The translations under genes were made by a program, and so were the position numbers. The notes below the pieces were generated by a model. The model was not told where the DNA came from and did not search any database. It worked only from the letters and a program-made list of their open reading frames with translations. Positions 1 through 8,958 of a DNA stretch of 64,000 nt are shown one piece after another. Origin of the DNA: Candidatus Portnoybacteria bacterium (lineage in GTDB: Bacteria > Patescibacteriota > Minisyncoccia > Portnoybacterales > GWB1-42-6). Position 1 is the stretch's first letter, and every line of letters begins with the position of its first letter. The DNA lies in the NCBI GenBank assembly GCA_028688325.1, contig JAQTYI010000003.1, forward strand, positions 32,116 to 96,115. Direction: 5' to 3'.

Positions 1-363
1 CCGATTATTCCAGTTGGTTCATCGCTTTCCGCTTCTTCCACAAGTTTCGTTAAAAAATCCGACCCAACCGTTGTGTCATTATTCAGCAATAGAACATAAT
101 CCGCGCCTTTTTCCATCGCCAACTTTATTCCTTGATTATTTGCTCCGGCAAAGCCGAGGTTTTTATCGTTCTGTATTTGCGTAATTTTTAGATTCCGGGT
201 CGAGCCCGGAATGACAAAAGGAGACGGCATCAGCTCTTTAGACGCATTATCTATCAACACAACCTCAAAATTATCGTATTCCACCCGGCTCAAAGATTCC
301 AGACACTCTTTTGTGTCCGGCCAGCCATTGAAATTGACGATGATGATAAATACTTTTTTCTTC
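1..363 (-). CDS. Glycosyltransferase family 2 (N-terminal part; gene continues beyond window start)
   Basis: Reverse-strand translation from ATG at 363 gives MKKKVFIIIVNFNGWPDTKECLESL...VLIDNAS...NLGFAGANNQG, classic GT2 motifs. It is absent from the ORF track because no stop lies in the window. It carries an in-frame palindromic repeat at 191-217. Confidence 0.7.
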
Positions 364-384
364 ATGATACCGACTGTCTCTTTC

Positions 385-448
385 TGTCATCCTGAGCGAA
401 GCGAAGGATCTTTAATAGATTTTTCGCCCTACGGGCTCAGAATGACAA
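385..448. repeat. Palindromic MITE-like element, family B (tgtcatcctgagcgaagcgaaggatc...gggctcagaatgacaa)
   Basis: Inverted termini gtcatcctgagc / gctcagaatgac. Related copies or half-copies at 5981-6072, 7248-7275, 7618-7645, 23571-23601, 31633-31715, 19947-19968. Confidence 0.7.
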
Positions 449-457
449 AATAATAAA

Positions 458-745
458 TCAGTCCTTAAAATCCAATAAATCCTTAAATTCCGGGTTTTTG
501 ATTTTTATCAATTCTATTTTTTTGTTTCTAATCCAACCTTTTATTTTCTTTTCGGCGCATATCGCATCTTCCGGATTATTAAAAACCTCATAAAAAACTA
601 ATTTATTAACTTTATATTTTTTAGTAAATCCCGGCGTTAAACCGTTCTTATGCTCATACATTCTCCTATACAAATTATTTGTGATGCCCGTATATAAAAC
701 AGAGTTTGTATAATTGGTAGCAATGTATATATAATAATTTTTCAT
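458..745 (-). CDS. GIY-YIG nuclease family small protein
   Basis: YIYIATN...VLYTGITNNLYRRMYEHK block typical of the GIY-YIG catalytic domain. Stand-alone, 95 aa. Confidence 0.8.
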   Translation of the reverse strand: MKNYYIYIATNYTNSVLYTGITNNLYRRMYEHKNGLTPGFTKKYKVNKLVFYEVFNNPEDAICAEKKIKGWIRNKKIELIKIKNPEFKDLLDFKD

Positions 746-784
746 AGATTCTTCGGGTTTTGCCCTCAGAATAACACTTCTTTG

Positions 785-3439
785 CTAATACACCCTCCTT
801 ATCTCCGCCCCCAGATAATAATATTTCAGGACCTCCTGATAATTTTTCGCGCCCGTTATGGCAAACCGGCGGCTGCCCGCGGCAGAAAGACCGACGCAGT
901 GATTGCCGCCTCCGCAAATGGACTGCGTATAAGGCGCGCCGATGGGATCCCTCACTCCGCCAGCCAGATATTCAAAACCGGCCTGGCAGAACTGCAAGCC
1001 CCAAATTGAGCAGGCGCTTTTTGTGCCGACCGTATTCAATTCCGGCGCGCCGGAAGAATAAGCCGTAATTATGGGCGAGCCGTTATAAAGCGCCATCTCG
1101 CCCCGCGTGGATTTGACCGCGTCAACCACAGTTGGAGCCGCGGTTTCGCGGACATAACCCTTGTAAAGCTGATCGCTTGAAGTATTATTCAGGATATATA
1201 CTTCGTCCGCTCCGCGCTTGCCGCCTTTCAAAATATAATAATAAGCGTAGGTCCTGGCCGCCACAATCATCGTTTTTTGGTGCTCGACCGGGTCGGTTTG
1301 CGAAATTTCCGCGATGCCCTTAAGATAATCCTCGAGATTCAATTCGTTGACCGCCCAAATCTTATTGGCCTTGGCCGAATAAATTATTTCCACGGCCCCG
1401 CGGAATTGATTGTAATTCAACGACGGCTTCCAGGCCGGATGCTCTTCATAAGAAACGATCGTGACGATTCCGTCGACGGCTTGAGGCGCAATTTTCACAA
1501 AAGCGCCGGAAGCAACAGTAGGAATATTATAGACATAGTTCTCGTTGGCATTCTTTGCCGCGATTATCTGCCCGGATTTATCCAAAATATTATAAGCCGT
1601 GCTGGCGGTTAAAGTAACGCCGGGCGTTAACACCTCATAAATTGCTGCCCTCATCTTGGGTTCGGAGCCGGTTATTGGCACAGGCGTCGACGAAGGACTC
1701 GGCGAAGGGCTAACAGAGGGCGTGGCGCTCGGAGAAGGAGAAGCAAACGGACTCGGGCTGGCGGATGGCGCAAGCAACGGAGACGCCAAAGCCGCTCCGC
1801 GATACAGAACATGGAAATCCTGCGCCGCGATCACCCGAACGCTGGCCCATTTATATTTTTTCTTCTTGAAAGTCGCGCCATCTATCAATATCGGCTGGCC
1901 GCCGGATATCAGATAAACATTATTCTCGTCTTTGGGCCGCAAAAGAGTCCCCTCTTTATATTTTACATAATCGCCCGCCGGATAATAAGCCAGTTCCTCC
2001 GCCGGAATTTTTTTAATCTTTGACCAGCCATATTTCAGATTCAAGAATATTTCCGCGCTGATAAATCGCTTGGGCTTGCCGCCCTCAACCAAATAAACGG
2101 CTTCCTGGTCGGCCGCTTGCAAAAGCGTGCCGTCCGGATACGACAAGACCGCGCCGTCCAGATAATTTTTCAGATCCGCCGGAGCCAATTTCACTTTGGA
2201 CCAGCCATAGCCCAGCGCGACAAACAATGCGCCGGAAGGAACCCAGCGTTTTTTTCCGCCCTGAATGAGAAAAACCCGCCGGCCGTCGCTTAAGAGCTGT
2301 TTGTCGGGCCCGTATTTAACCGCGTCCGCCTCTTGGTATATGTTCAGGTCGGATTCTTCAACAACGCGCACTCTGGCAAAGTCAAAACCCAGTTGTGCAA
2401 ATTGTTTTGCCGTAACATTCAAATTTCTCTTTTTCCCGTCTTGTATCAGATAAATAGTCGGCTCGCCTGTAATTTGCAGGAGTGAGCCGTCCGGATATTT
2501 TAAGAATCTTGATTCGGAAAAAAGATCCAGCTGACTCTGTGAAATCGCGATTGATTTTTGGTAAACTCCGCCCGCGTTAGCATACGACGGCAAGTCATCA
2601 TAAATCTGGCGCGTGCCGCTGAAGATTTTATAAATTTTAGGCAAGCCGTCAACTTGGTAAATATAATTTTTATATTCGGCGGCAAAAGCCGCGGCCTCCC
2701 GGCGAAGACGGCTAAAATCAAGAGACCCGGGATCGGGATTGCCTTTTTCCACATCCTTATGCCCCACGATTATCGGCCCATTGTATAAACTGCTGAATTC
2801 GCTGGTAACCAGATTCCAAATGCTGGAAGAGCGCACACCCTGAGTATCAAGATTATTGGTTTGCGCCAGCCAAGCGACCAGCCGCGCCAAACTTTGGTAA
2901 ACGGCTTCGGGCGGCTGGATCTTGGCGTAATTGCCAAGCAGCGAAATTCCAATAGTGCCGAAATTGAAATTATCATTGGTACGGTCGACAAAAACATGCG
3001 CGGCGCGCGTGCCGTTTCCGCCGTATCGGCCCTCATAGATTCGGCCTTGCTGGTCGATGATATAGTTATAGCCGATATCTCCCCAGCCGCGCGTTACGGC
3101 ATGATACCGATATATCGCCTGAATGGTGGCAACCGGATTGGGGGTATTATTGCAAGTCGGATTTGACGCGTCGCAACCGGTATCATGAACGATTATCCGT
3201 TCCACCGGCTGATAATCGCTGGGTGAAGCGTTTTTATCAGGCATCCAGGTCATCAAAGCATTAAGCGCGGGGGTATTATCCCAAGTTGAACGGGGCAAGA
3301 TCACCGGCACATTGGAATCGCCATAGGTCGGATTTTCATTCTGCGCTTTGGTCAAGGGCGCAAAATAGCCGCCATTGGATAAAATAAGCGAGAAAATAAA
3401 CAGCCAAACTATGTTTTTGGTTAAGAATTTTCGTAACAT
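785..3439 (-). CDS. Secreted multi-domain peptidoglycan hydrolase: signal peptide, N-acetylmuramoyl-L-alanine amidase (Amidase_2/PGRP), cell-wall-binding repeats, Pro/Ser linker, SpoIID/LytB domain
   Basis: N-terminal hydrophobic signal. HDTG...GWGDIGYNYIIDQQGRIYEGR...AAHV amidase_2 motifs. Five or more repeats of the type YPDGSLLQ...IYLIQDGKKR. SPSPS linker. C-terminal SpoIID-like block ending CVGLSAAGSRRFAITGAKNYQEVLKYYYLGAEI. Confidence 0.7.
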   Translation of the reverse strand: MLRKFLTKNIVWLFIFSLILSNGGYFAPLTKAQNENPTYGDSNVPVILPRSTWDNTPALNALMTWMPDKNASPSDYQPVERIIVHDTGCDASNPTCNNTPNPVATIQAIYRYHAVTRGWGDIGYNYIIDQQGRIYEGRYGGNGTRAAHVFVDRTNDNFNFGTIGISLLGNYAKIQPPEAVYQSLARLVAWLAQTNNLDTQGVRSSSIWNLVTSEFSSLYNGPIIVGHKDVEKGNPDPGSLDFSRLRREAAAFAAEYKNYIYQVDGLPKIYKIFSGTRQIYDDLPSYANAGGVYQKSIAISQSQLDLFSESRFLKYPDGSLLQITGEPTIYLIQDGKKRNLNVTAKQFAQLGFDFARVRVVEESDLNIYQEADAVKYGPDKQLLSDGRRVFLIQGGKKRWVPSGALFVALGYGWSKVKLAPADLKNYLDGAVLSYPDGTLLQAADQEAVYLVEGGKPKRFISAEIFLNLKYGWSKIKKIPAEELAYYPAGDYVKYKEGTLLRPKDENNVYLISGGQPILIDGATFKKKKYKWASVRVIAAQDFHVLYRGAALASPLLAPSASPSPFASPSPSATPSVSPSPSPSSTPVPITGSEPKMRAAIYEVLTPGVTLTASTAYNILDKSGQIIAAKNANENYVYNIPTVASGAFVKIAPQAVDGIVTIVSYEEHPAWKPSLNYNQFRGAVEIIYSAKANKIWAVNELNLEDYLKGIAEISQTDPVEHQKTMIVAARTYAYYYILKGGKRGADEVYILNNTSSDQLYKGYVRETAAPTVVDAVKSTRGEMALYNGSPIITAYSSGAPELNTVGTKSACSIWGLQFCQAGFEYLAGGVRDPIGAPYTQSICGGGNHCVGLSAAGSRRFAITGAKNYQEVLKYYYLGAEIRRVY

Positions 3440-3477
3440 TTCTCCTTAATCGTATCATAAAAATCGGGTTTATTCAA

Positions 3478-3515
3478 AAACAAAGCCCCGCAAAAGCGGG
3501 GCTTTGTTTTGTCTT
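3478..3515 (-). terminator. GC hairpin plus U-run (aaagccccgcaaaagcggggcttt)
   Basis: Perfect stem gccccgc/gcggggc flanked by A/T runs, in the intergenic gap downstream of murC on the minus strand. Confidence 0.5.
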
Positions 3516-3819
3516 GGCGAGACATTGTCTAACCCAAATTAAAAACAAAAAAACAGCAAAAAACTATTGCTGTTGCGGCGGCTGCGTATTGTCTGTGCCG
3601 GTTGAAGGCGAAGAGCTCGGCGGCATTGTCTTGCCGTTCTCCTCCTTCATCGCCCACCAGATTACTCCTCCTATGATAACCAACGCGATGATGGCAAAAA
3701 ACCACATCATAAGGGTTATTTAGAATTACACTTTGAGTATATCCGACCCTGGCAAAAACGCAAGGCCTCCGTGTTTTGCTGCTGTGGACAACTCCCGGCT
3801 CAAGATATAATTTTAAAAA

Positions 3820-3915
3820 TTATAAAATTTTCCCAGCGCGAAAATTTTACTCGCCAGTTTTGCTCGCTCTCCGCCCAGGACGGAACCGTGCCCGCTCACA
3901 AAACTGAGCGTTTTT
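3820..3915. repeat. Structured repeat family 6, inverted copy
   Basis: Reverse complement matches the cores of 6702-6858 and 36107-36270 (aaacgctcagttttg...gcaaaactggcgagt.aaattttc). Confidence 0.55.
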
Positions 3916-3919
3916 AAAA

Positions 3920-5263
3920 TCAATCCCTCGCCTTCTGTTTTAAAACTACTAATTCGGTAAGCTTATAAACATCCCCCGCGCCCATAATCACGCAAATGTC
4001 GCCCGGCTGAAGATTTTTACGCAAATATTCCGCTGCCTCATCAAAATTAGACGCGTAAATAATATTTTCCGATTTACCCTGATCCTGCAGGCGAAGGGCT
4101 AATTTTTCCGAGCTCACTTTTTGCCTGATATCGTCTTTTTCCCTCCCCGTCGCGCTGTAAATCGGTAAAATAATTGTTTTATCTGCCGCGCCGAACGCGC
4201 CGACAAATTGGTCAAAAAAATCGTAAGTGCGCTGGTATTGGTGCGGCTGAAAAACGCACCAGAGTTTCCCTCCCCACTTTGTAAAAGGGGGGTCGGGGGG
4301 GATTTTTTTCAATAGCTCCCGCGCCCCCTCCAGCGTCGCTTTTATTTCTGTCGGATGATGGCCGTAATCATCATAAATTTTGGCGCCATTTAATTCACCT
4401 TTATACTCCATGCGCCGCCAAGCGCCGGTAAATTCATTTAGCGCTTCAACGGCAATTTTTTCATCAATGCCCAAAACTTTCGCCACGGCCAGCGCCGCGT
4501 TGGCATTGGAAACATTATGCTTGCCGGGAATTTTCAGATTCAGTTTTAGCTTATTTTCCGAGCTATATTTTTCAACGCGTAGTTTAAGATCCGCGCTTAT
4601 GAGCTTGGCAACATTTTCGTCTTCGCCATTTACAACTAAGATTCCGTCTTCCGGCAAATGCAAAATATATTCGCCGAAAGTTTCCATGATCTCGGGCAAG
4701 CCGCCTTTATAGGTATCCAGGTGCTCTTCCTCAATATTCAGCAGCACCAAAATCTTCGGCCAATAATTCAAAAACGACTTATCATATTCGTCCGCTTCTA
4801 TCACCAGATACTTACTTGTTCCCGGTCTGAAGTTGCTATTGCCCCACTCTTTGAGTTTCGTGCCCAAGATCACCGTCGGGTCCAGCCCGGCTTTCTCCAT
4901 CATCAAACCGATCATTGCCGTCGTTGTGCTTTTGCCGTGCATGCCGGAAACGGCAATTGTGTATTTTTCACGCGTCAGATCACCCAATGCCGCGGCATAT
5001 TTTTGCGTTTTCACGCCAAGCCGCCTGGCTTCAACCAATTCCGGATTATCCTCTTGCACCGCCGCACTAAATATCACGCAGTCCGACTGCGTGATATTTA
5101 GTGCTTTATGGCCGATGTAAATTTTTACGCCCAACTTTCTCAATTCCGCTACTGTTTCGTTTTTCACCGCGTCCGATCCGCTCACTTCGTCCCCTTGCGC
5201 CAAAAAATACCGCGCCAAGGCGGAAACGCCGATTCCTCCGATACCGATAAAATGAATTCTCAT
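3920..5263 (-). CDS. murC: UDP-N-acetylmuramate--L-alanine ligase
   Basis: MRIHFIGIGGIGVSALA...GMHGKSTTTAMIGL Mur-ligase motifs. A family C repeat lies in-frame at 4266-4304 (FTKWGGKLW). Confidence 0.9.
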   Translation of the reverse strand: MRIHFIGIGGIGVSALARYFLAQGDEVSGSDAVKNETVAELRKLGVKIYIGHKALNITQSDCVIFSAAVQEDNPELVEARRLGVKTQKYAAALGDLTREKYTIAVSGMHGKSTTTAMIGLMMEKAGLDPTVILGTKLKEWGNSNFRPGTSKYLVIEADEYDKSFLNYWPKILVLLNIEEEHLDTYKGGLPEIMETFGEYILHLPEDGILVVNGEDENVAKLISADLKLRVEKYSSENKLKLNLKIPGKHNVSNANAALAVAKVLGIDEKIAVEALNEFTGAWRRMEYKGELNGAKIYDDYGHHPTEIKATLEGARELLKKIPPDPPFTKWGGKLWCVFQPHQYQRTYDFFDQFVGAFGAADKTIILPIYSATGREKDDIRQKVSSEKLALRLQDQGKSENIIYASNFDEAAEYLRKNLQPGDICVIMGAGDVYKLTELVVLKQKARD

Positions 5264-5985
5264 AAAAATTTTTCCTTAATAATCAACCAAGAAAAAACTA
5301 CCACCGACCGCCAGGTTTTGCGCCATTGGCTGGGTTGAACAAATAACCGCCAGAGCCACTCCAGCCCTATTTTTTGTACCATTTTTGGCGCGCGGCGCTT
5401 TCGGCCGGAAATGAAATCAAATGTCCCGCCGACGCCGATGGCGACTTTCACGACTGGCATTTTCTTAAGATTATCATAAATCCACTTTTCTTGCTTTGGC
5501 ATTCCCAGAGCGACCAGCAAAATGGCCGCTCCGCTGCGATTGATAGCGCTTATCGCCTCTTCATCGGCGACATACCCGTTTATCGTGCCGGCAATTTTCG
5601 CCTGCGGCACTTTTTGCAAAATATTTTTTACCGCCCCTTGCGCCACCCCTTCTTTGGCGCCGAATAAAAATATGCCATGTTGCGCGCCAAATTTTGCAAA
5701 AAGCGCAAAAACCAGGTCCACGCCCATCACTCTGCTCTTCAATTTCTCGCCGCCTGAAATATAAGACGCGATTACCGGCCCGACACCGTCAGATAAGCTT
5801 AAATCCGCTTTATTTAAAATTTCTTTTAATTTTTCGTCCTTTTGCGCCTGGACCAGAAAATCAGAATACGGTAAAACGATATGATGCTGCCGACCGTCGG
5901 ACAAAAATCCGCTTATCTTTTTCAGCGATTCCCCAAGATTCAGATTGTCTATTTTTACGCCAAGTAAATACAATCCAGTGGTCAT
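5260..5985 (-). CDS. tagA: WecB/TagA/CpsF family glycosyltransferase (N-acetylmannosaminyltransferase-like)
   Basis: C-terminal GLEWLWRLFVQPSQWRK signature of Glyco_tran_WecB. 4-nt overlap with the murC stop. Confidence 0.8.
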   Translation of the reverse strand: MTTGLYLLGVKIDNLNLGESLKKISGFLSDGRQHHIVLPYSDFLVQAQKDEKLKEILNKADLSLSDGVGPVIASYISGGEKLKSRVMGVDLVFALFAKFGAQHGIFLFGAKEGVAQGAVKNILQKVPQAKIAGTINGYVADEEAISAINRSGAAILLVALGMPKQEKWIYDNLKKMPVVKVAIGVGGTFDFISGRKRRAPKMVQKIGLEWLWRLFVQPSQWRKTWRSVVVFSWLIIKEKFL

Positions 5986-6072
5986 CCTGAGGCCGCAGGC
6001 CGAAGGATCTGAAAGATTCTTCGCTTCCCCCTTCGCTAAAGCTTCGGGGGGACAAGTCGCTCAGAATGACAA
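5981..6072. repeat. Family B palindromic element, full copy
   Basis: gtcatcctgagg...gctcagaatgacaa termini between the tagA-like gene and thpR. Confidence 0.65.
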
Positions 6073-6080
6073 TTCTATAT

Positions 6081-6653
6081 TTATTCGTCTACTCCCAGCG
6101 GACAGCTTTCCAGCGTCGCGTATTCGGCGCCGTCAAATTTCAGATCGCTTTCCATAACCTCGATGCTTTTAACTTCAAATTGTACCTTAAAATCCTGTTC
6201 AACATCCGCCGGATTGATTTGCGCTTCTTTCCATTGCTCCATTTTCAACCGCGCCAGAGTGATATGCGGGCTAAACGGCCTGTTCTCAACCTTCCGGAGC
6301 CCCGCATTTTTGCTAAGAAGAGCTTCTTCCAGGGCTTTTTTTAATTCATCCAATTCCGGGTTTTTTTCCGCTTCAAGCCAAATCATTCTGGAAGCTTTAT
6401 CTTTCGGACCTAAGGCGATGCGTTTGAAATTAATGAAAAACGGATCGGCTTTGCCCGCCACCTCGCGCGCTATTTTGCACGCCTCCAGCATCTGTTCATT
6501 GTCAACATAACCGATAAATACCAGCGTCAAATGCAAACTTGCCAATTTTGTCCATCGCGCGGGAAGATAATCAAATTTTTCCTGATATTCTTTCAAGCGT
6601 TTTCGGACTTTTTCTGACAAGTTTATGGCGATAAAAATTCTCTTTTTAGTCAT
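6081..6653 (-). CDS. thpR: RNA 2',3'-cyclic phosphodiesterase (2H phosphoesterase, LigT/ThpR)
   Basis: Two H-x-T-x motifs (HLTLVFIG and HITLARL) about 80 aa apart. Confidence 0.8.
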   Translation of the reverse strand: MTKKRIFIAINLSEKVRKRLKEYQEKFDYLPARWTKLASLHLTLVFIGYVDNEQMLEACKIAREVAGKADPFFINFKRIALGPKDKASRMIWLEAEKNPELDELKKALEEALLSKNAGLRKVENRPFSPHITLARLKMEQWKEAQINPADVEQDFKVQFEVKSIEVMESDLKFDGAEYATLESCPLGVDE

Positions 6654-6701
6654 ATTCTTTATTATCTCTGTGTTTTTACCCGTGCATACGGAAAATTTTA
6701 A

Positions 6702-6858
6702 TTAGACCGGGAGCGAGGATTTACTTTTCTGAAACGCTCAGTTTTGCTTGCTTTCTCTGTTCGCCGCGGCGAACAGAGAAAGCAAGCAAAACTGCGTGAG
6801 TGAAATTTTCTACGCTGGGGAAAATTTCACGATTTCAGGAAGCAAATCCGAGTAATCC
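6702..6858. repeat. Structured repeat family 6 (long imperfect hairpin)
   Basis: ttagaccgggagcgaggatttacttt.ctgaaacgctcagttttgc...gcaaaactgcgtgagtgaaattttc...gatttcaggaagcaaatccgagtaatcc. Near-identical copy at 36107-36270. Confidence 0.6.
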
Positions 6859-6903
6859 TATATTTGCTATATTATCACAGCCAATGCTAAAATCAAACAA
6901 AAC

Positions 6904-8958
6904 ATGCGCCTTTTTGATATCATACCGCTCGCCAGAATTCCCGCCGCCTTGCCTCAAGTTTTGAGCTATTTTTCCGGCCAAAATCTACCAAACGGCGCTT
7001 TGGTCCAAATCCCTTTAGGTAGAAGAAAAGAAGAAGGCGTTGTTGTGGGCGCGCATGACATTGCCGATTACAAAATGGAAATAAAAAGCGCGGATTTTGA
7101 ATTGCGCAATATCAGCAAAATACTTTCGGCAAAACCCGTCTTAACGGCTAAACAAATTGAACTGGCTTTATTTCTGGGCCAATATTATTTTTGCTCACCG
7201 GGAATTTTTATCAAAATGTGTTTGCCGCCAAAAAACACCCTTATTCGTCATTCTGAGCGAAGCGAAGAATCTCTCGCGAATGCGAGGCCCAAAAAACAAA
7301 CCTTAATTCTCGCCCCAACAATAGCCCAAGCTGAAAAAATCTCCACTGGCTATAAAAACGCGGTTTTATGGCACAGCGGCCTTAAAAACAAGCAATTAAA
7401 AGAATCCTGGCAAAAAATTAAAACCGGCCAAGTGCAAACAATAATCGGCACTCGCTCAGCCGTTTTTTTGCCTTTTAACGGCCTGAAAGAAATTATCATT
7501 GAAGACGAGACAAACCCCAACCATAAGTCCTGGGATATGTTTCCTCATTATGACAGCCATATAATCGCGCAGAAGCTGGCGGAAATTTTTAGATGCAAAG
7601 TAATCTATAAAGATTTCGGTCATCCTGAACGAAGTGAGGGATCTAAAAAAGATTCTTCGGCTAATAAATCTCACGCAGTCAGAGTGCGTGAATTCAAACC
7701 GACTATTGTTGATATGAGAGAGGAACTTAAAGACGGAAATTTTTCCATTTTCAGCGTTGATCTTTACGAAGCCGCCAAAGACGCTTTGGCCGAAAATAAG
7801 CAAGTTATCTTATTCATAAACCGTCGCGGCGCGGCGAATTTCGTTCTGTGCCGCGACTGCGGTTATGTCGCCAACTGCCCAAATTGCGATTCCCCGATGG
7901 CATATCATCTGATAAACAATAGGCCTTCTTTATTTTGCCATCATTGCGGCGCCAAAGATATCCTTCCTAAACTTTGCCCCAAGTGCAAAAACTGGCGCAT
8001 CAAAACCGTGGGCTCTGGCTCCCAAAAAGTTGAAGCGGAAACAAAAAAATTCTTTCCGGACGCCAAAATTTCGCGCCTGGACAGCGACAGCGCGCCAAAG
8101 CCCAAAGACCAGCAAAAAATCATTGCTGATTTTATTGATAAGAAAATCGATGTCTTGATAACCACCCAGATAATTTTTTCCTGGCTGGAAGAACTGGCCG
8201 CGGCAAAACCGCAAGTTGTGGGAATATTATCAGCCGACACGCTTTTGCATCTGCCTGATTTCCGTTCGGGCGAACAGACATTTCAGACAATACGAGCATT
8301 ACAATCTTTACAAAATAACGCCCCCCGACCCGCAGCAGCGGGTCTTCCCCCTCTTAAATTAAGAGGGGGCGAGGGGGAGTTATCACAAAACAATTTCATC
8401 ATCCAAACCTACAACCCGGAAAATTCCGTCTTAAAATATATCCGCGATAATGACCGCAAGGGTTTTATCCAAGAAGAAAATGAAACCCGCCAGGCGTTGA
8501 ATTACCCGCCATTCTCGCAAATCGTTAAGCTAACCTTCCGACATCGTGATGCCGACAAAGCCGGGCAAGAAGCAAAAATTTTAGCGGCTAAACTAAATAA
8601 TGCTCTGCCCTCCCTTTCTGTCATTCCCGCCCCGCATCAAGTGCGGGGTAAACTGGAGACGGGAATCCAGGCCCTGACTCTTGAATCTGGATCCCGGGTC
8701 AAGCCCGGGATGACAAATAACAAGTACGCTGATAACATAGAAATATCCACCGCCCTGCCCGCCTTCAATCCGCGCTCGCGCGGAAAATTCGTTTGGAATA
8801 TAATAATAAAATTTCTTTCGGCTGCGGCTCCCTCCTTTTCCAAAGGAGGGTTGGGGAGGATTTTTACTACCTCCGAATTCCTTCAAAAAAGAAACTCTGT
8901 CTTGCAATATGTCCCGCAAAATTGGGAAATAGATGTAGATCCTGAAAATCTATTATGA
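6904..8958 (+). CDS. priA: Primosomal protein N' (PriA-like), apparently lacking the Walker A P-loop; carries five in-frame palindromic repeat insertions
   Basis: 3'BD-like N-terminus. LILAPTIAQAEK block (PriA motif Ia equivalent). CRDCGYVANCPNCDSPMAYH...LFCHHCG...CPKC zinc-binding region. DVLITTQII motif. No GxGKT found where expected. Repeat-encoded segments HSERSEESL, GHPERSEGS, PPLKLRGGEGE, IPAPHQVRGKLET...GSRVKPGMT, SKGGLGRI. Confidence 0.75.
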   Translation: MRLFDIIPLARIPAALPQVLSYFSGQNLPNGALVQIPLGRRKEEGVVVGAHDIADYKMEIKSADFELRNISKILSAKPVLTAKQIELALFLGQYYFCSPGIFIKMCLPPKNTLIRHSERSEESLANARPKKQTLILAPTIAQAEKISTGYKNAVLWHSGLKNKQLKESWQKIKTGQVQTIIGTRSAVFLPFNGLKEIIIEDETNPNHKSWDMFPHYDSHIIAQKLAEIFRCKVIYKDFGHPERSEGSKKDSSANKSHAVRVREFKPTIVDMREELKDGNFSIFSVDLYEAAKDALAENKQVILFINRRGAANFVLCRDCGYVANCPNCDSPMAYHLINNRPSLFCHHCGAKDILPKLCPKCKNWRIKTVGSGSQKVEAETKKFFPDAKISRLDSDSAPKPKDQQKIIADFIDKKIDVLITTQIIFSWLEELAAAKPQVVGILSADTLLHLPDFRSGEQTFQTIRALQSLQNNAPRPAAAGLPPLKLRGGEGELSQNNFIIQTYNPENSVLKYIRDNDRKGFIQEENETRQALNYPPFSQIVKLTFRHRDADKAGQEAKILAAKLNNALPSLSVIPAPHQVRGKLETGIQALTLESGSRVKPGMTNNKYADNIEISTALPAFNPRSRGKFVWNIIIKFLSAAAPSFSKGGLGRIFTTSEFLQKRNSVLQYVPQNWEIDVDPENLL
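8619..8716. repeat. Family A palindromic element (tgtcattcccgcccc...ggatcccgggtcaagcccgggatgacaa), full copy inside priA
   Basis: Near-identical copies at 9923-10030 and 12823-12920; short forms at 28852-28882, 47986-48016, 18784-18844, 191-217. Confidence 0.7.

Noticed and set aside
675-1009. ORFs 675-917(-) and 782-1009(+) overlapping the large hydrolase and GIY-YIG genes
   Set aside because: Embedded in or antisense to well-supported genes; low-complexity Arg/Gly-rich translations.
3514-3723. ORF 3514-3723(+) encoding a Cys-rich 69-aa peptide
   Set aside because: Lies in a hairpin- and terminator-rich intergenic spacer; no RBS or domain. Kept as non-coding.
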